This document shows, piece by piece, positions 17,689-25,177 of a stretch of DNA of 37,539 nt. A model generated the notes under the pieces. The model ran no database searches. It was not told where the DNA came from and saw nothing but the letters and a program-made list of their open reading frames with translations. A program made the position numbers and the translations under genes. This stretch comes from a virus (lineage: Duplodnaviria > Caudoviricetes). Positions within the stretch are counted from its first letter, which is position 1, and the number at the start of each line of letters is the position of its first letter. The DNA lies in IMG/VR virus record IMGVR_UViG_3300016476_001028, positions 1-37,539 of that record, one strand, 5' to 3'.

Positions 17689-18078
17689 GTGTACAAAGAC
17701 TATATTCGGGTAAGCGAGATCAGCCGAGAGCTGAGCGTTTCGAGGGCGACGGCGTACCGAATCGCGCACCAATGTGAGCGGTTGGTGATTGGCCGGGGGT
17801 TGCGGGTGCTTCGGGCGAGTTTTGAGCAGTGGAAGGAACAGAGAAAATGCCGAACGTTTACCTCAGAGGCCGGATATGGTGGTGCTACGTCACCCAAGGC
17901 AAAGGGCGCCGTGCGCGGGTCTCCACGCACTGCCGGGACAAGACGGCAGCGCTCGCAGTCTGGCGACAGCTTGAGCGCAGATCCGTTACTGAGCCCGATA
18001 CGCGTCCGGAAGTCACTCTCTTCGACGCTATCCGGGCCAGAATCAACGAACGTCGTGCGGCTGGACGTGCACAGGTGA
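17689..18078 (+). CDS. xis: Excisionase-like winged HTH protein (129 aa)
   Basis: YIRVSEISRELSVSRATAYRI...IGRGLRVLRASFEQW is an Xis/HTH_17 pattern. GGAGG-N5-GTG start (ATG 17674 is an alternative). Overlaps int. Confidence 0.75.
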   Translation: MYKDYIRVSEISRELSVSRATAYRIAHQCERLVIGRGLRVLRASFEQWKEQRKCRTFTSEAGYGGATSPKAKGAVRGSPRTAGTRRQRSQSGDSLSADPLLSPIRVRKSLSSTLSGPESTNVVRLDVHR

Positions 18079-18872
18079 CGATCGCACGGGCGGAATACGC
18101 GGCGCGGCATGTGCTGCGGTTGCTTGGGGCCAAGACGTTGCTCACGGGTATCACTGCGGCGGCGATTGATGACTACATCGCGACGCGCTTAGGTGAGGGC
18201 GCGAGCCGGCTGTCCGTGGCGAAGGAATTGGAGATCTTTCGAGGCTCGTTGAGGCTTGCCAAGCGTTTAGGGTTCAACGCGCCAGACGCGGGCGAAGTCA
18301 TGCCCCTCGAGTTTCGCACGCAGCACAAGCCTCGAGAGCGCGCGCTAACGTTTGAAGAAATTGCCAAGCTTTTGCGGCATTGCTCTCCTAAGCTTGGCGC
18401 CATTGTGCGGTTGATCCTGGCGACGGGAGCGACCTACCCGAGCGAGGTTAGAAAACTCAAACGCGAGGACATCGACCTAGAGCGTTGGTCTGTCCGCTTG
18501 CGTGGGACAAAACAAGTCACGCGCGATCGGAGCGTGCCCATCGTGGTCTTTGCCCGTGGTTGGCTGCGTGATGCGTTGCCAGACTTGCCGTTCGGTAACT
18601 TCCCGCAGATTCGAAAAACCTTGTCAGCGGCCTGCGAGCGGGCGGGGATTGACAACGTTGCCCCGGTTGACCTAAGGCGGACGATCGCGACGCTGCTTCG
18701 GCGGCATGGGGTTGAGCCGCACTTGATTGGCAAGTTTTTGGGCCACTCAACGAGCCACATGGCAGAACGCGTCTACGGGCGCCTTGGGAGCGACGAACTC
18801 AAGGAACTGTTGACGGCAAAGCTTGCAAAAGCCGGGACACAGCTAGGACACACACAGCGCAAACATGGCTAG
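17847..18872 (+). CDS. int: Tyrosine recombinase / integrase with an atypical active site (341 aa)
   Basis: N-terminal arm-binding-like YLRGRIWW...RVST; GTK; DLRRTIATLL; LGHSTSHMAERVY. Box I reads TGATYPSEV. Confidence 0.85.
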   Translation: MPNVYLRGRIWWCYVTQGKGRRARVSTHCRDKTAALAVWRQLERRSVTEPDTRPEVTLFDAIRARINERRAAGRAQVTIARAEYAARHVLRLLGAKTLLTGITAAAIDDYIATRLGEGASRLSVAKELEIFRGSLRLAKRLGFNAPDAGEVMPLEFRTQHKPRERALTFEEIAKLLRHCSPKLGAIVRLILATGATYPSEVRKLKREDIDLERWSVRLRGTKQVTRDRSVPIVVFARGWLRDALPDLPFGNFPQIRKTLSAACERAGIDNVAPVDLRRTIATLLRRHGVEPHLIGKFLGHSTSHMAERVYGRLGSDELKELLTAKLAKAGTQLGHTQRKHG

Positions 18873-19052
18873 TTTTTACGCTAAAAACATGGAGGGGCCT
18901 CTGTTGTAGGCCATCAGAAGCATGCACCAATTTGGGCGCTCATATTCGAGAAAAACCGCTTTTTTTTATGGTCTGACTGTCTCACTGGTTCCGGTTTGTC
19001 TCACGTGGAACGCACAGCCGGGACACACTACGCCTGACAACACGAGAGACAC
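18830..19052. other. Putative attP
   Basis: Largest non-coding gap, directly after int. AGCCGGGACACA at 18830 and 19016; GGACACA at 18835 and 18846 (11-bp spacing); TGTCTCAC twice; central inverted repeats GTTTTTA-N3-TAAAAAC and GGCCT-N7-AGGCC. Confidence 0.55.
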
Positions 19053-19064
19053 GCGGGGGCAGCG

Positions 19065-19493
19065 ATGAGCGGCCTCGTATGCGCGTGGCTGTTTGCGCTG
19101 AGTGGGGCGTGCAGCGGAGAGCTTGCGGAGGCGGTTGCCGACGGCGTCGAAAAGGCCGACCCGCTTTGGCCGGATGATCCGTCGAAGGTGAAGACGGCGG
19201 CGCTGGTCGTGGCCGTTGCTTGGCGCGAGTCCGCTTTTGACCAAAAGGCGCACTCCCCCACAGATGATTGGTGCGTGCTGCAGATCCATGGCCGCAAAGA
19301 CCTCGCCGATGATCTTTCGGGATGTGTGCGCGTCGGCATTGAGGCGCTTCGATGGTCTTTGCGCACGTGTGCGGCGCATCCGGTGGCCCCATACATCGCC
19401 GGCGCCATGGGGTGCAAAAGCGAGCGGGCGCAACGCATGTCAAATGACCGCATGCGGCTAGCCGCGATGTTGGTACGAGGGGGTGCAAAGTGA
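19065..19493 (+). CDS. Lytic transglycosylase (SLT)-like protein, possibly exported (142 aa)
   Basis: AVAWRESAFDQKAHS (ES motif), CVLQI (GLMQ-like), APYIAG (AYNxG-like); hydrophobic N-terminus with LSGA-C. Confidence 0.55.
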   Translation: MSGLVCAWLFALSGACSGELAEAVADGVEKADPLWPDDPSKVKTAALVVAVAWRESAFDQKAHSPTDDWCVLQIHGRKDLADDLSGCVRVGIEALRWSLRTCAAHPVAPYIAGAMGCKSERAQRMSNDRMRLAAMLVRGGAK

Positions 19494-20896
19494 GCGCGTG
19501 GACGTGGCTACTTGGCTCGCCAAAGGCGTTGCTTGCCGGCGTGGAGGCGATGGGGCTTTTTATGTGGGGCATCGCCTACGCGAAAACGCATCGGACTGAC
19601 GGGATGGTCATCGAGCGCGCAGCTGTTACGGCGTTGGGTGGCAAGCGTAACAAAGCGCTTGCTGAGCGGCTTGTGTCTGCTGGCTTATGGCAAGGCGTCG
19701 AGGGTGGCTACATGATCTCCGATTGGGAGACGTATGCTCCAAAGCGACGCGCTCGAAGGTCGGAAGCAGGTCCCCCTAGCTCCTACCCTCCTAGCTCCTC
19801 TTCCTTGACCGAAGCGGAGAAGCGAAGGAGAGAGGTCGCAAGGGTTCAGGCATGGCGGGAACGCAAGGCGGCCGAGAGACAATCTGACCGATCTGTTACG
19901 TGTTACGGGAACAAGGACGTAACAGCCGTAGCAGAGCCCGTAACGGAAGCCGTAACGAGCCACGTAACGCCTTGTTTTTCAGATGTAACGTGCGGCGTAA
20001 CGCCTCGTAACACGCTCTCCGAGGCCCCTATATATATATATTCTGATCCTATAAATAGAGATCTAGATCCAGATCCGGATCTACCTGGAAGCTTGGATCA
20101 GTCCGGGCGCGCGTCGGCTCCGAGTGACCGACCCACCCCGCCGTCGGACCGGCCCAAGCGGTCCCCGTCGAGCCGTCCGCCGCCGCCGTCGAGCCGCCCG
20201 AGCCAAAAACCTAAATCGCGCCAGGATGCCCCAGGAAGGGCCCGCGACACCTCGCCGCCACCTACCCCGCAACCGGCTGCCAAAAGCTCATCAGAAGGCA
20301 ACCTCGTGTCAGCAAACGGGCCTCGTGCGGTGACCACTCCCCCCGATTGGTGGCCGGATGCCATTGCCACCGCTGAGATGGCTGTTGGAGACATTGGAGA
20401 GCCCCTCGCTTGGTGGCTTGAGTACAGCGGTTCAAGAACTCGGAAAGTATGGGCTCCCACTCACAGCGACGCTGCGGGCTGGCTTTGCACTGTGGTGCGG
20501 AACAGGAGAGACCAGGCAGCGCGGTTTGCAAGGTCAGAGCCTCCCACGGGCAACACTAAGATCCGTCAACCTGTAAGTTACGATTACATGTTCGGCAGGG
20601 ACGAGGACGCCGCCGAAAAGAACAGACGCGAAAAATGGATCTCGTGGCTTGGCGATGTGCACTTCCCGCACCGGGACGAGCAAGACGCGATCACGATGAT
20701 GGACGCGGAGATGACTCCGGAGGACCTCGAAACCCTTCGAGAGGCGCGCAAAAGCTTGAGCGGGGAAGAGCGCATCAAGTTCGATATTGAGACTATTGAG
20801 AAGTACGGGAAAGTGAAGATCACTCGGGAGGAGTACAATGGACGACACTGGGCAAAACGAGAAACGCTACCTCGGTGGCAGTGGTGGCAGTATTAG
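19490..20896 (+). CDS. Replication initiator protein (468 aa)
   Basis: wHTH-like N-terminus (LVSAGLW...GGYMISDWETY), RERK helix, VT repeats and DPDPD encoded by origin DNA; followed by a DnaC-like gene. Confidence 0.75.
   Translation: MSAWTWLLGSPKALLAGVEAMGLFMWGIAYAKTHRTDGMVIERAAVTALGGKRNKALAERLVSAGLWQGVEGGYMISDWETYAPKRRARRSEAGPPSSYPPSSSSLTEAEKRRREVARVQAWRERKAAERQSDRSVTCYGNKDVTAVAEPVTEAVTSHVTPCFSDVTCGVTPRNTLSEAPIYIYSDPINRDLDPDPDLPGSLDQSGRASAPSDRPTPPSDRPKRSPSSRPPPPSSRPSQKPKSRQDAPGRARDTSPPPTPQPAAKSSSEGNLVSANGPRAVTTPPDWWPDAIATAEMAVGDIGEPLAWWLEYSGSRTRKVWAPTHSDAAGWLCTVVRNRRDQAARFARSEPPTGNTKIRQPVSYDYMFGRDEDAAEKNRREKWISWLGDVHFPHRDEQDAITMMDAEMTPEDLETLREARKSLSGEERIKFDIETIEKYGKVKITREEYNGRHWAKRETLPRWQWWQY
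19894..20099. other. Putative replication origin inside the initiator gene
   Basis: Seven forward (C/T)GTAAC copies (19918, 19939, 19951, 19963, 19984, 19996, 20006), two inverted copies (19894, 19901), a TA run at 20029-41 and six GATC between 20045 and 20099. Confidence 0.75.
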
Positions 20897-21611
20897 CGAC
20901 GTTCTGAAGTACATTGAAACCATGCGCGCGGATGCGCAGTTGCATTCAGAGCAATGCAAAAAACGACCGTGCGAAAGGTGCGACAGATGGCTTTGCAAGT
21001 ATTGCAGTGAGCCAGTTGATGGCGCAAAAACGTGCGACGCTTGCGAGCCAGTTGCGCAACGTGAAGCGCTTCTCTCTGTCACATTGAGCTCCATCCCGCC
21101 TAGGTATCGTTGGGCGAGTGGCGGATGGAGCCCGACGTTGCGGGCGCGTACTGGCGTTACGCAAGAAAGGTTTGCGAGTCTTTTGCGCAATACCAGAGGG
21201 AACGCCGTGTTTGTTGGGGCAAGCGGCGCCGGCAAAACAAGCCTTGCTGTTGCCTTGCTTTGCGCCTGGGTTGCTGCAAGCCCATCAGAGCGGCGCGGCT
21301 CCGTGTTCGTTGACGCAAGTCACCTTAGCCGGTCTCGCTCCCGTGAGCGTTTGGGGTCTGGTGAATCTTTGGACGTTCGTATCGCGAGAGACTGCCACTT
21401 GTTGCTCGTGGACGATCTCGGATGCGAGCAAAACGATCGCGATGGGGCTCTGACCGACATTGTCTACTGGCGTTCCAATTACATGCGGCCCACCTGGTTT
21501 ACGAGCGGCATCGCTAGAAACAAGAACGAATTGATCGAAAAAGTAGGCGCAAGGTATGACGGCGGGTTTGCGCGCCGAATGCTGGATGGGACGGTGATCG
21601 ATGTTGCTTGA
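20838..21611 (+). CDS. DnaC/IstB-like AAA+ helicase loader (257 aa)
   Basis: Cys-rich Zn-binding N-terminus, IPPRY, Walker A GASGAGKT, Walker B LLVDDLG, PTWFTS. Confidence 0.85.
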   Translation: MDDTGQNEKRYLGGSGGSISDVLKYIETMRADAQLHSEQCKKRPCERCDRWLCKYCSEPVDGAKTCDACEPVAQREALLSVTLSSIPPRYRWASGGWSPTLRARTGVTQERFASLLRNTRGNAVFVGASGAGKTSLAVALLCAWVAASPSERRGSVFVDASHLSRSRSRERLGSGESLDVRIARDCHLLLVDDLGCEQNDRDGALTDIVYWRSNYMRPTWFTSGIARNKNELIEKVGARYDGGFARRMLDGTVIDVA

Positions 21612-21987
21612 AACTGTAATTCCTTTGAAAACCGTGAGCGAAACCAACGTTCGAGAACATTGGACCGCCCGACACCGGCGAAGGTCACAAATCCGCAGGG
21701 CGGTCGCGTTTATCCTCCGCCCAATGATTGGAGAAACAAGCCTGCCGTGTATCGTGCGCATCACTCGTCTCGCTCCGTCAAACGGTCTGGACGACGATAA
21801 CCTGGTGTCAGCTTGTAAGCCTGTACGCGACGGAGTCGCCGACGCGTTGGGAGTGGATGACCGAACTGCATCCATCCGCTGGCAGTATTCTCAAGCCAGG
21901 GGGAAGGCGGCTATCAAGATCACAATTGAGAAGGCGGACAGCGAAAAAGATAATATCAAGACCATCGAGGTGATACGTTCCGCATGA
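21601..21987 (+). CDS. RusA-like Holliday junction resolvase (128 aa)
   Basis: LDDDNLVSACKPVRDGVADALGVDD matches the RusA D-x-D-N...K...D...DD pattern. Confidence 0.7.
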   Translation: MLLETVIPLKTVSETNVREHWTARHRRRSQIRRAVAFILRPMIGETSLPCIVRITRLAPSNGLDDDNLVSACKPVRDGVADALGVDDRTASIRWQYSQARGKAAIKITIEKADSEKDNIKTIEVIRSA

Positions 21988-22565
21988 TGGACTTTATCAT
22001 TCGCGACAAGGTAGACACGGATGATCCATTTATTGTGTCCACTTGGCTTTACAGTTACGGCAGAAGCAAGGCAGCGGCGGCGCTGGGAGTCAGGCAGCGC
22101 CGCCCAAGGGCGAACGAGCCAGAATCTTTGTCAAAGGGGCCTTCAAACGCCGAGGAGGCGGAAGCTTGTTTGATTGCCGGCAATGCTTGGCGCAAGTATT
22201 GGGCCACGCATCATCCGATCATTGAATCGCTAGTGCATGGCGCTTCGTTTCAGGTGGCATGCGATCCAATGGACCACGATGTGGTGTATGGGTGGAAGTG
22301 TCACACCGGGGACACGCTGCACTACATTCTTTGCAAGCATGACGTGCACCGGCTTTCCGCCGAAAAAGACGAGCGCGGTCTATGGTTCGTCACCACTGGG
22401 ACAAGCGGCGCAATTGTGCGCGCTTTGCTCGGTGACATGCTGGAACGCCCAACCGGTTATACCCATGAACTCATGGACATGCGTCGGCCCCAGTTGCGGG
22501 CTCAAGGGGTTACTATCCCTTCGAGCTGGTACGTCGACACTCAATTTGCATGGAGAGACGAATGA
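21984..22565 (+). CDS. Possible GNAT-fold protein (193 aa)
   Basis: IR....DDPFI..TW N-terminus, VAC...DVVYGW...LHYILCK strands; the acetyl-CoA loop appears interrupted. Confidence 0.45.
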   Translation: MMDFIIRDKVDTDDPFIVSTWLYSYGRSKAAAALGVRQRRPRANEPESLSKGPSNAEEAEACLIAGNAWRKYWATHHPIIESLVHGASFQVACDPMDHDVVYGWKCHTGDTLHYILCKHDVHRLSAEKDERGLWFVTTGTSGAIVRALLGDMLERPTGYTHELMDMRRPQLRAQGVTIPSSWYVDTQFAWRDE

Positions 22566-22849
22566 GAATCAAAGCCGTGTACTTTACGCATCCTGTCGCG
22601 GTGCCTGATACGCATCTTCGCCAAGCGACGTTCTCTCACTTAGACGGGTGGGAGATTGAAAGACACGGCGGTGTGTTCCGCCTGACACGGGGCGGCCTTG
22701 AGTTTTGGGTGGACGCTCCGTCAAGTTGGACCGAGATCGAAGTTGAGGCAGTCGACGAGTTCCAGGCTTCAGAGCCAAACGAGGCGGCATCGGACGAAGT
22801 CGCTAAGAAACGGGGAAGGCCGAAAAAGGCGGCAGTGACTACGGGGTAA
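22562..22849 (+). CDS. Hypothetical protein with C-terminal AT-hook-like motif (95 aa)
   Basis: GGAGA RBS, ATGA overlap, KKRGRPKK near the C-terminus. Confidence 0.65.
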   Translation: MRIKAVYFTHPVAVPDTHLRQATFSHLDGWEIERHGGVFRLTRGGLEFWVDAPSSWTEIEVEAVDEFQASEPNEAASDEVAKKRGRPKKAAVTTG

Positions 22850-22853
22850 CCGC

Positions 22854-23387
22854 ATGGCAACAAAGGTATCGCGCGCGAAAAAGAAGGTGATGCCAAAGAC
22901 GCCGAAGGCATCTTCTGACCTAGTCGATCAAAGGGTAAAGCACATCGAAGAGATGATGCGCACCGCCCGATGGGAGCGAGGGCGCTCCAATCGAGAGCTA
23001 GCCGCTGCATGGTCAGTGACCGTTGCGTCGGTCAACGCATACGCGGCCGAAGCCTCGCGACGCGTCCGCGCGGAAGTAACTGACCCCGATTCAGTTCAGG
23101 TCACAATCTGTGGCGCGTTGCACACGATAGTGCGGGACGGATTGGCCGAAGCCGACAGAACGGCTGTTATTCGCGCGGCAGACGTTTGGTCGCGGGTGTC
23201 TGGTGCGAGGGCCCCCGATAAACTCGACGTGGCCGAAGTGGACCCATTGCACGGGCTAAACCTTGCCGAAAAGTCGGCATGGTGTCGCGAGCGTGCAGCG
23301 CAACTCTTGGAGATGGCAAACGACTTTGATCAGCGCGCGAGAACTGAGAAGGATTCAACAGCTGACGACTGCGAAGAATGCGGGTGA
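22854..23387 (+). CDS. terS: Terminase small subunit (putative, 177 aa)
   Basis: HTH-like SNRELAAAWSVTVASVNAY; lies directly before terL. Confidence 0.6.
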   Translation: MATKVSRAKKKVMPKTPKASSDLVDQRVKHIEEMMRTARWERGRSNRELAAAWSVTVASVNAYAAEASRRVRAEVTDPDSVQVTICGALHTIVRDGLAEADRTAVIRAADVWSRVSGARAPDKLDVAEVDPLHGLNLAEKSAWCRERAAQLLEMANDFDQRARTEKDSTADDCEECG

Positions 23388-24894
23388 CCATTGGCCCGCG
23401 TCGTTCGTGGAGTGGCTGTCGTGGGCGGGCGTACACCCGAGCGATGCGCAACGTGAAGTTTCGCGCGTCGCTTATGACGGCGGCGAAGTGGGCCAATCCG
23501 AATTGGCAAGACAACTTTTCGGACCCGTCGACGTGTTCCCCGAAACTGCTCGTCGCTGCGTGGTTGCGGTCGTGGGCGGCCGCGCGGGCAAGTCCTATCT
23601 GCTTGTCGCTTTGCGGCTTGTTTGGGGGATGTGCGTTCGAGACCTGTCATCACTCGCGCCAGGAGAAGAAGCTTTCGCGACGGTCGTCGCTCCAAATGAC
23701 CAGCTAAGACAACAAGTGGTGAATTACGCTCTTGGCGTTTGCCGGGCCGTGCCTGCGCTCCGAGAGCGGCTAAGGCTGCCCAGAGGGACACGCCCTGAAG
23801 ATTCCCCAAGCTCATTCGGGTTCTATCGCGCTGATGCTGACCGGGTGATCACGTTCACGGGAGCGGTCGCGACGCGTGGCGGATACGGCGTTCGAGGCAG
23901 GTGGCATACCGACCTTGCGCTTGACGAGTGCGCATTCTTTCGAGATTCGTCCGCCAAGGTAAACGACAAGGACATCTATGAAGCTGGCATCTCGCGCGTA
24001 TTGCCAGGCGGGCAGGTGATTCTTGCCTCCACTCCGTGGGCGCAATCCGGATTGCTGTACGAGTTTTTCCGGGACAACTTTGGGCACCCAAAAACGTGCA
24101 TGGTGGCGCATGCCCCTACGTTGCTGTTGAACCCTACAGAGACGGCGCGGCAGGTCGTAGAAACCGAAACGCTGAGGGACCCAGACAACGCGCGGCGGGA
24201 ATATCAGGCGCAGTTTATGGCGAGCGGGTCGACTCAGTTCTTCGAATCGGCAACCGTAGACGCAAGCACCACCGACGAGCCTTTTGAACTTCAACACGGC
24301 GACCAAGTATCGGCGGGCACTGACTTAGGTCTTCGCGCGGACTCTTCAGCACTTGTCTTTTGCGCGCTCCGCGGCGGGGTATTGCATGTCTTTGACGCGG
24401 TCGAATGCCGCCCGCAGGATGGGCAACCCCTTTCGCTACGGGAGACTTTCGAACAATTCTCCGACCGGCTACGCGCCCATCGTTGCTCTTATGTATTGGC
24501 TGACCAGCACTACCGCGAGGCGCTTTATGAGCACTTGCTAAGCCATAGCATCGCCGTCGCTCCCGCGCATGCGACGCCTGCCGACCGATATGTCAGAGCG
24601 CGCGTTTTGATGCGTGCAAGGAAGGTATTGATCCATCCTTTGGAATGCCGAGAAAGGCTCGTGCGGCAACTGCGAGAGGTCCAAGGCAGGCCCACCAGCG
24701 GCGGCGGGATGGCCATCTTCCACCCCCGTTGGGCAACGGGAGGGCACGGAGACATCGCGGATGCTTTGATTTTGGCGCTTTGGCAGTTGTCGGGCGACAC
24801 GCTAGTTGAGACAACTGAGAAACAAGACACAATGTTGGAAGAGCGACGGCGCGAATACGTAGAGAGCCAAGCAAAAAAGAAGTTTGGAAGATAA
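23326..24894 (+). CDS. terL: Terminase large subunit
   Basis: Walker A VVGGRAGKS, Walker B LALDECAF, ASTP coupling motif, nuclease GTDLG and HGDIADA. Start is uncertain (TTG 23326 with GGAGA upstream; frame is open from 23263). Confidence 0.92.
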   Translation: MISARELRRIQQLTTAKNAGDHWPASFVEWLSWAGVHPSDAQREVSRVAYDGGEVGQSELARQLFGPVDVFPETARRCVVAVVGGRAGKSYLLVALRLVWGMCVRDLSSLAPGEEAFATVVAPNDQLRQQVVNYALGVCRAVPALRERLRLPRGTRPEDSPSSFGFYRADADRVITFTGAVATRGGYGVRGRWHTDLALDECAFFRDSSAKVNDKDIYEAGISRVLPGGQVILASTPWAQSGLLYEFFRDNFGHPKTCMVAHAPTLLLNPTETARQVVETETLRDPDNARREYQAQFMASGSTQFFESATVDASTTDEPFELQHGDQVSAGTDLGLRADSSALVFCALRGGVLHVFDAVECRPQDGQPLSLRETFEQFSDRLRAHRCSYVLADQHYREALYEHLLSHSIAVAPAHATPADRYVRARVLMRARKVLIHPLECRERLVRQLREVQGRPTSGGGMAIFHPRWATGGHGDIADALILALWQLSGDTLVETTEKQDTMLEERRREYVESQAKKKFGR

Positions 24895-24917
24895 CAAATC
24901 AAGCTATCCTCGCCCGC

Positions 24918-25166
24918 ATGAGGGTGGACTTCGAGCAATATCTAGACGAGTTTCGCGCGCGTTGCCGAGTCATGAGAGAAGAGCGCGCCACGCATTGGGG
25001 CGATATCAGCATTGAACTCCCCCCAATTGCTCCGATTGAGACGTTGGACGAAAAGAAGCAAGAGACCGAAGACGAAGCGGAATTGAAGCGCCGAGAGGAA
25101 ACGCGCCGCGTGGCTTTAGCTGCGTCCGGTCGATTGGTCCCTATCATCCGTTCTTCGGATAAGTGA
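24918..25166 (+). CDS. Hypothetical protein (82 aa) between terL and portal
   Basis: Fills the gap; charged helical C-terminus; no visible SD. Its frame is open upstream into the end of terL. Confidence 0.6.
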   Translation: MRVDFEQYLDEFRARCRVMREERATHWGDISIELPPIAPIETLDEKKQETEDEAELKRREETRRVALAASGRLVPIIRSSDK

Positions 25167-25177
25167 GGCGGTAAGCG

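Noticed and set aside
18873-19064. tRNA or tmRNA fragment in the att region
   Set aside because: No T-arm GTTCGA motif or cloverleaf on either strand; the CCA on the minus strand is not preceded by a tRNA-like stem.
20125-20280. PSDRP/PSSRP short repeats in the initiator
   Set aside because: Low-complexity Pro/Ser linker with no regular DNA period beyond the codon repeats.
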